The notes below the pieces were generated by a model. The model was not told the DNA's origin. It saw only the letters and a program-made list of their open reading frames with translations, and searched no databases. A DNA stretch of 64,000 nucleotides. Origin: Acidobacteriota bacterium. Lineage in GTDB: Bacteria; Acidobacteriota; UBA6911; RPQK01; JACQSY01. Position numbers and translations under genes: made by a program. Numbering within the stretch: position 1 is the stretch's first letter; every line of letters begins with the position of its first letter. The stretch is taken from contig JACQSY010000043.1 of the NCBI GenBank assembly GCA_016211085.1, positions 22,845-86,844 on the forward strand, in the 5' to 3' direction. This document shows positions 27,282 to 36,761 of this stretch, piece by piece.

Positions 27282-29216
27282 ATGCGCCACGCCTCACTCT
27301 TGTTTCGAGCCGGACTGATCGCTGCCCTGAGCATCGCGCAGTTGACCGCAACGCTTTTCGGAAAGGACGAGCGCTATCGATTCAATCTGGATTTTGGCTA
27401 CCGCTGGAAAGCCGGCTTCCGTGGAAGTAAGGACCTCTACCGCAGCCAGTTGGACCTTGGCGAAGGCCCCAAACTTCTGGCGGGTGACTTTTTCGTCTCG
27501 GCGCCGAAAGGATCCAACCGCTGGTTCGATCGTGTGGAACTGCGAATGAACAGTTGGGGGGGCGAGCCCTATAATTCGGCGCAGCTGAGAGCCGCCAAGG
27601 CAGAGCTCTATGAGCTGTTCTTTAGCCATAGAAATGTCCAGTATTTCAACGCCATTCCTTTTTTTGCCAATCCCCTGTTTGAGCAGGGAGTGGCGGCTAC
27701 GCAGCACCATTTCGACATCTCGCACCGCTTCATCAGCACGGATCTGCGCCTGAGACCCCAAAAAGCGGTGGTGCCGTTTCTCTCTTACCATCGCGCCGTG
27801 CGACAGGGACCCGTCCGCACCAGCCTGGTTGCGCAAGGTGATGAGTTCGTCATCCACTCTCAGATTGAAACGCATTCGGATGATTTCAGCGGCGGCGTGG
27901 AATTGAAGTTTGATGCTCTCTCCCTGCTTTTGGAACAGGGGATGCGCCGCTATCGTGACAAGAGCGCTTTTGATTCGCTTGGATTTCAAGGCGGCAATTC
28001 GCCGCGACCGGTGCTGGGCCGCGACATCACGCTGGAACGCTACCTGGCTCGGAATGACTGGGAAACGGATGTCCCCTTCACCAATGTCGTGCTCGCCGCG
28101 CAACCGCATGCAGACCTCAATGTCCGGGGGAAATTCTCTTATAGCATGTCCGATCTGGAGGGCTTGTTCCGGGATGAGGCAATCGGAACCTTCTTTGGAC
28201 GCCCCGAATCTGCGTTCTTCAAGCAGGAAATTCAGAATGTCTCAGGACGTTCCAAGCAGCCGTCCTTGTTCGCGGACGTGTCCGCAGACTGGCGGGTCAC
28301 AGATCGAATTCAAATACTCGAGCATTTTTATACCCGGCGGCTTCACATTTCAGGTTCTGCGGTTTTGGATCGTGTGCTCTTGCAAACGGAGCCGTTGCTG
28401 GGTCCGCCTGCAAGTCAGATCCAACAACGGAGTCTACTCGACGCGTTCCTTGCCTTCGATCAGGATGTTCAGGAGTTACAAGGCATTGTTTATTTCGCTC
28501 CTCGCCTCTCATTTCGAGTAGGCCATCGCTTCGAACAAAGAAACGTAGAGCTTGCGGAGGAATTTTCCTACAACCGCAACGTGGCGATCGCAGGCGTGAC
28601 CTATGAACATTCTGCGACCAACAGGATTTCCGCCGAATACGAATACGGCCACACCACTCAGGCGGTTTTTCGTCTCGACCCGGTGGATTTTCATCGTGCA
28701 CGGGTGCGCGGACGTCTTTCTCCCATAAATTGGCTGGAGCTGAACGGAAGCATTACCTTGTTTGATAACCGTGATCCACAACGCGAAATCGATTGGACCT
28801 CCCGAGATCGAAACTACACGCTCCAAGTCGGCTTCACGCCGCACCAGAGGGTGACGTTTACGGCGGAATATGAACGAAGCAATTTAAGAAGCAACATTAT
28901 TATCATCGTTCCGCAAACGTTCACGCAGGACCGTTCTGTATACCGGGAGAGAGGTGATTATGGTTCGGCCCTGCTTTCAGTGCAGGTGGTACGCGGCGCA
29001 CAGATCGATCTGGGTTATTCTGTCTGGGGGACAGTGGGCAGTTTCCCCATGAGCTATCATCAGCCCATGGCTCGGCTGGAAATCCCGGTCCACAAGAGGC
29101 TGGTGGTGTACGGCCAGTGGAATCACTACGACTACAACGAAAAGCAACTGCTTCTGCCGCAAGACTACCGTGTCCATCTCGCTCTATTCGGGCTTCGAAT
29201 CTTGTTCGAAAACTGA
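27282..29216 (+). CDS. MtrB/PioB-like outer-membrane beta-barrel (porin partner of decaheme cytochrome)
   Basis: Signal peptide, 644 aa with alternating amphipathic beta-strand pattern, aromatic-rich C-terminus; gene order C-A-B as in mtrCAB. Confidence 0.5.
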   Translation: MRHASLLFRAGLIAALSIAQLTATLFGKDERYRFNLDFGYRWKAGFRGSKDLYRSQLDLGEGPKLLAGDFFVSAPKGSNRWFDRVELRMNSWGGEPYNSAQLRAAKAELYELFFSHRNVQYFNAIPFFANPLFEQGVAATQHHFDISHRFISTDLRLRPQKAVVPFLSYHRAVRQGPVRTSLVAQGDEFVIHSQIETHSDDFSGGVELKFDALSLLLEQGMRRYRDKSAFDSLGFQGGNSPRPVLGRDITLERYLARNDWETDVPFTNVVLAAQPHADLNVRGKFSYSMSDLEGLFRDEAIGTFFGRPESAFFKQEIQNVSGRSKQPSLFADVSADWRVTDRIQILEHFYTRRLHISGSAVLDRVLLQTEPLLGPPASQIQQRSLLDAFLAFDQDVQELQGIVYFAPRLSFRVGHRFEQRNVELAEEFSYNRNVAIAGVTYEHSATNRISAEYEYGHTTQAVFRLDPVDFHRARVRGRLSPINWLELNGSITLFDNRDPQREIDWTSRDRNYTLQVGFTPHQRVTFTAEYERSNLRSNIIIIVPQTFTQDRSVYRERGDYGSALLSVQVVRGAQIDLGYSVWGTVGSFPMSYHQPMARLEIPVHKRLVVYGQWNHYDYNEKQLLLPQDYRVHLALFGLRILFEN

Positions 29217-29446
29217 GGATCTTCTCTTTCGGCGGTTCGTTTATCAATCCTTACACACCCACGATTGTTTAGTATCTCGTCGTTGAAGAAAAAATAATCC
29301 ACGAGTGAATGGTTAGTAGCGAAAGGGTTTTTTTGGGGGAGATTGGCTCATTTATTGGGTGAAATACCATGGGCGCATTGGCCTCTTTCACCTTTAGTTA
29401 ACTTAAAGTTTTTTATGCACAGCAAGTTAGGAGATTGGCCATCGTA

Positions 29447-29462
29447 TGGCGATTCCCTTGCA
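29447..29462 (+). promoter_or_regulatory. possible sigma-54-type promoter (TGGC-N8-TTGCA) before cytochrome c gene
   Basis: tGGCgattcccTTGCAt with canonical GG/GC spacing; lies only ~22 nt before the ATG, so TSS geometry is tight. Confidence 0.3.
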
Positions 29463-29483
29463 TCAACCAACATGGAGGAAATT

Positions 29484-29828
29484 ATGAAGAAAGAATTCCT
29501 GCTCTCCTTAATCGCACTTCTCATTTTCAGCTATTCAATCTTGCTGGCAGCGGATGATGGAGCCGCCGTTTACAAAGGCACCTGTTTGAAATGCCACGGC
29601 GAACTCGGAAAAGGGGATGGCCCGGCCTCCAAGATGTTTAAGCAGGGCCTGGGCGATCTTTCAAGCAAGGCCGGAATGGCAAAGTATTCGGATGAAGATC
29701 TTCAAAAGCTCATCTCCGAAGGCGGCCCCGCCATTGGGAAGTCCAAGGTCATGGCCCCTCAAAAAGGGAAGCTAACCGATGCGCAGATCAGAGCGCTGGT
29801 CGCTTATGTGAAAGGGCTCCAAAAATAG
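29484..29828 (+). CDS. monoheme class-I cytochrome c (periplasmic)
   Basis: Signal peptide then CLKCHG heme motif, distal Met candidate, 114 aa; RBS GGAGGA upstream. Confidence 0.7.
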   Translation: MKKEFLLSLIALLIFSYSILLAADDGAAVYKGTCLKCHGELGKGDGPASKMFKQGLGDLSSKAGMAKYSDEDLQKLISEGGPAIGKSKVMAPQKGKLTDAQIRALVAYVKGLQK

Positions 29829-29950
29829 TCGGATCTCGCGTCGGAAACGGAGAGGACCCGCTTTATGGGAGACATTAGAAATTCGCAAAATACCTCCTCG
29901 CTTTTAAGCAGACGGCTTCTCCGTTCCGTCTTTCGTATTGGGAGCATCAA

Positions 29951-30439
29951 ATGAAATGGTTCCTGAGTGGGCTGGTGATCGCCTTTGTTGTGGGAATTGC
30001 CGCACTGCCGCCCGACCTCCTGCAAAAAAAGGTACAGCAGCCGATCGCTTTTAATCATCTTGTGCATAAGGATTTGGATTGCGCCTCGTGTCACGAGTTT
30101 GTCAAAGAACAGGCCTTCGCCGGATTGCCTTCACTGGATGTTTGCCTGGGTTGTCACGAATCCGCTGTGACGGAGAACCCGGAAGAAGAGAAGATTCGCC
30201 AGTTGGCAGCCGAGGGGAAACCGGTGGTCTGGCAAAGGCTGTTTCGCCAGCCAAGCCACGTGTTTTACTCGCACCGGCGGCACGTCACCATCGCCAAACT
30301 CGACTGTCAAAATTGCCACGGCAAGATGGGGGAGAGTCAGTCGCCTCCCCAATCCGTGCACAACCTCACCATGGAAGAGTGTATTTCCTGCCATGAAGCA
30401 AAAGGGGTTCGTGCTGGTTGCGTCGATTGCCATAGGTAG
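29951..30439 (+). CDS. membrane-anchored pentaheme cytochrome c (ActA/QrcA-like)
   Basis: N-terminal TM helix then five CxxCH (CASCH, CLGCH, CQNCH, CISCH, CVDCH) in 162 aa. Confidence 0.7.
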   Translation: MKWFLSGLVIAFVVGIAALPPDLLQKKVQQPIAFNHLVHKDLDCASCHEFVKEQAFAGLPSLDVCLGCHESAVTENPEEEKIRQLAAEGKPVVWQRLFRQPSHVFYSHRRHVTIAKLDCQNCHGKMGESQSPPQSVHNLTMEECISCHEAKGVRAGCVDCHR

Positions 30440-30558
30440 CAATCTGTTCGAGTAGCTTGCTTGACGCGGGTTCGTGGGGATGGGGAAACGTGGATCGAGC
30501 GATGCGAAGAGCCAGGATTTCTCAGCGAGGATTGAGTAAAACACGCAGGGGGTAAGTA

Positions 30559-32898
30559 ATGAAGTTTAGCCGTAGAGGGTTCGTCAAATTTTCCGCAGGC
30601 TCGGCGGCGGGGTTAGGCCTTGCGGGTGTTTCGCTGAAGACTTTAAGCGATCTGACCGCCGCCACGACAGAAGAGAACTATCCTTCCAAAGGTCCGGAGT
30701 CTTTCCTGAATTCGATTTGCCAGCTTTGCCCGGGCGGTTGTGGTGTCACCGTACGCAAAGTCGGCGATCGTGTGGTTCGCGTCCAGGGAAACAGAAACAG
30801 TCCCATCAACCGGGGCGGTCTGTGCCCGATTGGAGTCGCTTCGCTGCAATATCTCTATCACCCTGCCCGCCTGCGGTCGCCTCTCAAGAGAGAAGGCAGT
30901 TCATGGACCAAGATAAGTTGGGACAGCGCGCTCGGCGAAATCGGGTCCAAACTGAGCTCGACTGTCGGCAGAGGGGAAGGCAGCCACGTAGTGATGCTTT
31001 CGCAGGAACTGCAAGGAGTGTTGCGACAGGTAGCCTCCGATTTTTTGGGCAAGCTGGGATCGAACAATTTGATTGAGACCAGCGGGCCGGGTGATGGAAC
31101 GGGAGTAGCTGTTCGGTTAATGCAAGGTGTACAGAGCCGTCCTGCCTACGACCTCACGAACAGCAATCACATTCTTTGTATTGGGTGTGAGTTGCTGGAA
31201 GGCTGGTCGTCTCCGGTGTGGGTGATGAAGGGCTACTCGCAATTCCGAGGCAAGCGCCCCAGGGGAAGGCTGACCTACGCGGGTTCTCGACAATCCGTGA
31301 CTGCTACCAAGGCGGACACTGCGGTTCAAATCCGACCGGGAACAGAAGGGCTCTTGGCCCTGGGCATCGCTTACGTCTTGATCTCAGAGCGCTTGTACGA
31401 TTTCGAATTCGTCCAATCCCATTGTCAGGGTTTCGAAGATTGGCGGGACGAGAATGGGAGGTGGCACCTCGGGTTTCGCAACATGGTGCTGGAGCGCTAC
31501 CCGTTGAACCTGGTCTCGGAAGTAACCGAGGTTCCCACGGAAAGAATTCTCAAGATTGCCCGTGAGTTCGGGGGAACGCGTCCCGCTCTGGCTCTGGCGG
31601 GTCCAATCGATTCAGTGACCGCCAACAATATTCTGGCAGCGCTCTCGGTTCACGCGCTCAATGCACTCGTAGGAAGCATCGACCGCCGGGGCGGGGTTTT
31701 GCTCCAGTACCCCGATCCGCTGGATACTTCTGAACCTGCTCAAAGCACTCCCTCTTTCCTCGGCAATTTTGCGCAACTTCTCCGGCTGGGCAAGGACCCT
31801 CTGGAAGCGGTAGAGCAGGCATTTGAGTCGGGAAAGCCTTATCTTCCCTCTGCCCTGATTACGCTGGACGCTGATCCCGTCTCTGACTCACATGATGCCA
31901 AAGCGCTTTCAGAAAAATTTCAGCAGGTTCCATTGATTGTCAGTGTTTCCTCTTTTCTAACCGCCACTGCTCAGCTGGCACACTACGTATTGCCCTCAGC
32001 CAGTTTCCTGGAATCTTGGGTGGAGCAGGAAAGCCCGTCGGGAATCCCCTTCCTTTATCACGGACTGGCACAGCCCGCGACCAGCGCGTTTGCAGAGAGT
32101 CGCGCGACCGGTGATATTCTTCTGGGGCTGACGCGATCTTTAGGCGTTCCGGTAAGTGATGAAGATTACGGCGCTCTGCTCAAGAAGAAAATTGCAGGGT
32201 TGTATGAGCGTAAGAGTGGCGCTGTGGCCGGGACGGTTTTCGACCAGCTGTGGCACCAATTGATGGAACAGTCCGGCTGGTGGGCGCCCACTTATGAATC
32301 GCCTGATCAGCTCGTCGAGCAGGTAGCGGCAAAAGGTGGTTGGTGGGACTCCTTTTATCGTTATGAAGATTGGTCCCGAACCCTGAGGAATCCTACAGGA
32401 AAATTCCATTTTAGCGTTTCTGGAATTGAGAGTCTGGTGGGAGGGGAGGCAGCAGGACAACTGGGCAGCTTGCCGCATTTCCAGCCGCCCGCGGAAGGGC
32501 CCGCCTCTGAAAAGTATCATTTTCTGGTCCGCTTCTTTGACCCCCTGGTGGCGGTCTCTCATCAGCCTCCTCTTCCGTTTGTAAGGGAAATTGCAGGAGG
32601 TCTCGTTCAGAATAACGCCGGCATCTGGGTGGAGATCAATGAAGCGGATGCCGAGGAGCTGGGGATCCATAGTGGCGAACTGGTGTGGGTGGAATCCATA
32701 CGAAATCGACTGCAGGTGTTTGCACGGGTCAGCACGGGCGTACTTCCCGGGGTGGTGAATATACCGAGAGGAGTCAGCGGCTGGAGCGGCGACCCCTGGA
32801 GCGTCGGTTCTCCTGTAGCCAGTGCCACACTGGCTGAGCACGGAGCGGATTTCATGCCGAAATGGGGGGAGACTCGAGTGCGGCTCCTCCGTTCGTAG
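30559..32898 (+). CDS. Tat-exported molybdopterin-oxidoreductase-fold subunit (ActB1/QrcB/PsrA-like) with N-terminal [4Fe-4S] motif
   Basis: Tat motif SRRGFVKFSAGSAAGLGLAGV; C-x2-C-x3-C-x(n)-C (CQLCPGGC…C) typical of MopB N-terminus; 779 aa. Confidence 0.75.
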   Translation: MKFSRRGFVKFSAGSAAGLGLAGVSLKTLSDLTAATTEENYPSKGPESFLNSICQLCPGGCGVTVRKVGDRVVRVQGNRNSPINRGGLCPIGVASLQYLYHPARLRSPLKREGSSWTKISWDSALGEIGSKLSSTVGRGEGSHVVMLSQELQGVLRQVASDFLGKLGSNNLIETSGPGDGTGVAVRLMQGVQSRPAYDLTNSNHILCIGCELLEGWSSPVWVMKGYSQFRGKRPRGRLTYAGSRQSVTATKADTAVQIRPGTEGLLALGIAYVLISERLYDFEFVQSHCQGFEDWRDENGRWHLGFRNMVLERYPLNLVSEVTEVPTERILKIAREFGGTRPALALAGPIDSVTANNILAALSVHALNALVGSIDRRGGVLLQYPDPLDTSEPAQSTPSFLGNFAQLLRLGKDPLEAVEQAFESGKPYLPSALITLDADPVSDSHDAKALSEKFQQVPLIVSVSSFLTATAQLAHYVLPSASFLESWVEQESPSGIPFLYHGLAQPATSAFAESRATGDILLGLTRSLGVPVSDEDYGALLKKKIAGLYERKSGAVAGTVFDQLWHQLMEQSGWWAPTYESPDQLVEQVAAKGGWWDSFYRYEDWSRTLRNPTGKFHFSVSGIESLVGGEAAGQLGSLPHFQPPAEGPASEKYHFLVRFFDPLVAVSHQPPLPFVREIAGGLVQNNAGIWVEINEADAEELGIHSGELVWVESIRNRLQVFARVSTGVLPGVVNIPRGVSGWSGDPWSVGSPVASATLAEHGADFMPKWGETRVRLLRS

Positions 32899-32913
32899 CA
32901 GAAGGGCAATTTT

Positions 32914-33597
32914 ATGTCACGTTGGGGAATGATCATTGATCTCGACAAATGCACAGCCTGTCAGGCCTGTGTGGTGGCGTGTAAGGTAGAGAATAACATT
33001 CCATCTCCTCCTGAGGGTGAAGCGCTTAAGAATCGCACCATCTCGTGGATGAAGCTGATTCCACTGCGGAGCGAAGGTTCTGAATCAGAGCGCACGACCT
33101 ACGCACCGGTCGCGTGCCAGCATTGCGACAATCCGCCGTGCATCAAGGTTTGTCCGGTGGATGCGACCAATATTTCCGACGAAGGAATCGTACGCCAGGT
33201 GTATTCGCGCTGCATCGGATGCCGTTACTGCACCAACGCATGCCCTTACACCGTGCGCTACTTCAATTGGTCTGCGCCGCAGTGGCCTGAAGAGAGCAAG
33301 TCTTACTTGAATCCGGATGTCTCTCTGCGGCCTAAAGGCGTGGTTGAAAAATGTACCTTCTGCAATCATCGTTTGCAGAAAGCAAAAGAAATCGCTCGCC
33401 TCGAAGAACGAGAGCTTCACAGCAGTGATTATGTGCCAGCTTGTGTGGAAATCTGCCCGGCCGACGCCTTGGTATTCGGCGACCTTGAAGACTCTGCCTC
33501 GGAAGTTTCCCAACTGGCTAGAAGCCCCCGCGCCTTCCGGCTGCAGGAAGATCTCGGGACAGAGCCCAAAGTAATTTATCTCAGCCAGGGAGAATAG
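32914..33597 (+). CDS. four-cluster 4Fe-4S ferredoxin-type subunit (PsrB/ActB2/QrcC-like)
   Basis: Cys clusters CTACQACVVAC, CQHCDNPPCIKVCP, CIGCRYCTNACP, CTFC…CVEICP. Confidence 0.8.
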   Translation: MSRWGMIIDLDKCTACQACVVACKVENNIPSPPEGEALKNRTISWMKLIPLRSEGSESERTTYAPVACQHCDNPPCIKVCPVDATNISDEGIVRQVYSRCIGCRYCTNACPYTVRYFNWSAPQWPEESKSYLNPDVSLRPKGVVEKCTFCNHRLQKAKEIARLEERELHSSDYVPACVEICPADALVFGDLEDSASEVSQLARSPRAFRLQEDLGTEPKVIYLSQGE

Positions 33598-33600
33598 AAG

Positions 33601-34971
33601 ATGTCGAATGCAACCACTGTACTCGGTCCCGACGAGATATTGCTCGATCCCATCACCAGAACGGGAAAAGGATTTTATTGGCTGGTTGCCGTCTTGGCCT
33701 TGATTGGATTCGGAGGACTGGGAGCCTGGGTTTACCAGCTTATGTTTGGCCTGGGGGTTACCGGATTGAATCGCCCGGTGTATTGGGGAGTGTACATTAC
33801 GAATTTTGTTTTTTTCATCGGGATCAGCCATGCAGGAACCCTGATTTCAGCGATTTTGCGCCTTTGCCATGCGGAGTGGCGTCGGCCCATTACCCGGGCT
33901 GCAGAGGTTATCACCGTCATGGTGCTTTTTTTCGGGGCAGGAAGTGTGATTCTGGATCTGGGACGCCCCGACCGAGCGTTGAATGTTATCTTTCACGGCC
34001 AGGTGCGCTCGCCGCTAATCTGGGACGTGTTGAGCATTTCCACTTATTTAACCGGGAGTATTATTTATCTTTATCTGCCGCTGATCCCCGATATCGCTCT
34101 CCTAAGGGATCGGATGCCCCACCGCCGCATCTATCGCCTGCTGGCGGTTGGTTGGCAAGGTACGCCCAAACAGCATCGCGTGCTTGAGAAAGCCATTGCC
34201 ATCATGGCCGTCATCATCGTTCCCATTGCGGTAAGCGTGCACACCGTGGTGTCCTGGGTCTTTGCAATGACCGTGCAGCCCATGTGGCACAGCACTATTT
34301 TTGGTCCTTACTTTGTCGTGGGCGCGATTTTCTCGGGTATCGCCGCACTGATTGTAGCCATGGCCCTGATCCGGCACTTTTATCATCTGGAAGATTATTT
34401 GAAGCCGGTTTCCTTTAACAATCTTGGTTTGTTGCTGTTAGTGATGAGCCTGCTTTGGCTCTATTTCACCTTCGCGGAATATCTGACCACTTACTATGGA
34501 GCCGAGCCTTTTCACATGACCGTATTTTCCAGCAAGGTTACCGGCCGTTTTGCCATTCCCTTCTGGAGCATGTTTGTTCTGTGTTTTGTGATTCCGGCTG
34601 CAATTCTGGGGAATAAGAAGACCCGGACTGTCAAAGGCTGTGTGATCGCTTCTATTGCCGTGATCATTGGCATGTGGCTGGAGCGCTACATCATAGTGGT
34701 TCCGACGCTTTCACGACCGCGTCTTGCAGTAGAGGTTGTCCCCTACGCCCCCACCTGGGTCGAAATGGCCATGACGGCGAGCTTCTTTTCCCTGTTTATT
34801 CTCCTGTACCTCCTATTTACTAAGTTCTTCCCAATTATTTCCGTCTGGGAAATTAAAGAGGGTAGAGAGAAATCCGTTTCGGACGTAGTGGAGCGGGTTC
34901 AGGGATACCTGCCGGGGGATTCGAGCAACCGCAAAATAGAAACGTTAAAGTCGCAGCTGGGGCATTCATAA
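33601..34971 (+). CDS. NrfD/PsrC-family quinone-interacting integral membrane subunit (ActC/QrcD-like)
   Basis: 456 aa, ~10 TM, NrfD-like N-terminal region (…LNRPVYWGVYITNFVFFIGISHAGTLISA…). Confidence 0.8.
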   Translation: MSNATTVLGPDEILLDPITRTGKGFYWLVAVLALIGFGGLGAWVYQLMFGLGVTGLNRPVYWGVYITNFVFFIGISHAGTLISAILRLCHAEWRRPITRAAEVITVMVLFFGAGSVILDLGRPDRALNVIFHGQVRSPLIWDVLSISTYLTGSIIYLYLPLIPDIALLRDRMPHRRIYRLLAVGWQGTPKQHRVLEKAIAIMAVIIVPIAVSVHTVVSWVFAMTVQPMWHSTIFGPYFVVGAIFSGIAALIVAMALIRHFYHLEDYLKPVSFNNLGLLLLVMSLLWLYFTFAEYLTTYYGAEPFHMTVFSSKVTGRFAIPFWSMFVLCFVIPAAILGNKKTRTVKGCVIASIAVIIGMWLERYIIVVPTLSRPRLAVEVVPYAPTWVEMAMTASFFSLFILLYLLFTKFFPIISVWEIKEGREKSVSDVVERVQGYLPGDSSNRKIETLKSQLGHS

Positions 34972-34991
34972 GAGCCAAGAGGCATTGATCG

Positions 34992-36185
34992 ATGATTTTT
35001 TCAAAATCTTTAGCACGTTTTTCGATTTTCACTTTGGCCATTCTGCCGGCTTCTTTGCTAGCTCAGGAAAAAGAAGAGAACCTGCTCGACGGTAACCCGG
35101 TACACGGCCGAGAGCTTTTCGTTTCCAAGAGCTGCATTGAATGTCACTCGGTGAGGGGCGCGGGGGGGTCTGTCGGTCCGGATCTCGGATTGAAAGTCTT
35201 CAATCGCAGTGTGTACGAGATCTCGGGAATTTTGTGGAATCACTCTCCTTACATGAGCCGCAAGATGCGGCAAATGGGAGTAAGACGGCCGCAGTTTGAA
35301 CCGAGCGAAATGCTCGACCTAGTTTCGTTTTTGTATTTCTTGAATTATTTTGACCCCCCGGGAGACGTCCAGTTGGGACGTCAGCTGTGGGTTGAAAAAA
35401 AATGCTCCAGTTGTCACCCGGTGGAAGGCGAAGGCCCCAAGCTGGCACCCGGGCTGGATAAGATGCAGAGCCCCACAACCTCTGTGTTTCTTGCCCAAAG
35501 TATGTGGAACCACGGTTCGCAGATGCTGGAGACTTTGCGACGCATGAATCTGGATCCGCCTGCTTTTCGTGGAACTGAAATGGTGGACCTAGTGGCTTAC
35601 ATTCGACACATTAACCGCAATCCGAGCCGTCAGCTTTTTAGTCTGGGTGAGCCTCGCCAGGGTGAGAGATTGTTTCGCATTAATGGTTGTGCCTCATGCC
35701 ATGCCGCACAAGGAGCAGCGCGAGCCTCAGCTCCCGACCTGCGAGCGGCACGATTGCAAGCCAGTGTAAGCCAGATTGCCGGCTTGATGTGGAACCATCT
35801 CCCGAACATGCTTTCCAGAATGAGGCAGCAGCAGATGCGTTTCCCGACTTTCTCGGGCCAGGACATGAATCATTTGATTTCCTACCTCTATTCGCTGGCT
35901 TATGTAGGGAAACCGGGAGATCCGCAGAAAGGCGCCACTGTTTATCGCGAGAAGCAATGCCTGAGTTGTCATGGGGAGCCGGGAAAACCTGGGCAGCGCA
36001 TTGGTCCCGACCTGGCGAAGGCCACCCTGCAATCGCCGTTAGGGGCAGCCCCGTTCATGTGGAACCATGCTGTCGAGATGGAAGGTTACATGAAGGAGCG
36101 TAATATCCTGTGGCCTCGATTCGAAGGTACTCAGATGGCTGACCTGCAGGCCTATTTAAAAGCTTCAGCTGCCAAATCGAAATAG
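34992..36185 (+). CDS. tetraheme cytochrome c built from four tandem class-I domains
   Basis: Signal peptide; four ~95-aa repeats each with CxxCH (CIECH, CSSCH, CASCH, CLSCH) and a conserved MWNH…DLV/AYL pattern. Confidence 0.75.
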   Translation: MIFSKSLARFSIFTLAILPASLLAQEKEENLLDGNPVHGRELFVSKSCIECHSVRGAGGSVGPDLGLKVFNRSVYEISGILWNHSPYMSRKMRQMGVRRPQFEPSEMLDLVSFLYFLNYFDPPGDVQLGRQLWVEKKCSSCHPVEGEGPKLAPGLDKMQSPTTSVFLAQSMWNHGSQMLETLRRMNLDPPAFRGTEMVDLVAYIRHINRNPSRQLFSLGEPRQGERLFRINGCASCHAAQGAARASAPDLRAARLQASVSQIAGLMWNHLPNMLSRMRQQQMRFPTFSGQDMNHLISYLYSLAYVGKPGDPQKGATVYREKQCLSCHGEPGKPGQRIGPDLAKATLQSPLGAAPFMWNHAVEMEGYMKERNILWPRFEGTQMADLQAYLKASAAKSK

Positions 36186-36716
36186 GTGGCGCCCACATTT
36201 GTGCGTAAGCTTTCACGAACTTTGCACTGGGGCGGGCATCGGCCTCTGCGCCCCAGCCCTCCCCGAAAAGTGGCACCTATTGCTCTACCCCGAAACCTCT
36301 CGCTCCGCATCTACTGACCTCTCGGCGGCCACAGACGGCGGCTTTATAAGCTAGAAAATCTCCTTCAAAGTGCCTGCGCATGCCGGGGTAAGCGCTGCTG
36401 TTCATTGCTTCAGGAGCGCTCCTTTCAGTCGCGCCTCTGAGAGAGGTGCTGCTTTCAGCCACGATCTGAGGCGCGCACGGAGCGTCCAAGGAGTAAGCGC
36501 GCGATTACCGATACCCTGCTTTGGGCAAGGCGACCAGAGTAGCGACAGGCGAAGCCCTGGGAGCGTCGTCACCCACCCGAGCCCGCCGCTTTCGCGCGGA
36601 CGGCGAGACCTCCACGGGCCTCTAAACTAAGGGCTTGCCGGGAGTGCTGCGCGAAGCGAGTGCGAGACTGAATGGAGATATTTGCAGTTGACGTCCCGTG
36701 CGTGTCAGCCGTGAAG

Positions 36717-36739
36717 AGGAGCGACGGGACCTGTCGCTC
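36717..36739. terminator. GC-rich hairpin (GGAGCGAC-N7-GTCGCTCC) just downstream of minus-strand NrfD-like gene
   Basis: 8-bp perfect stem visible directly in sequence at the 3' end of gene 36762..38060(-); no strong U-tract, so intrinsic-terminator status uncertain. Confidence 0.3.
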
Positions 36740-36761
36740 CTCGTGGGGGGGGGAACAGAGG

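Noticed and set aside
27294-28109. 271-aa minus-strand ORF inside the MtrB-like gene
   Set aside because: Antisense shadow; Arg-rich composition.
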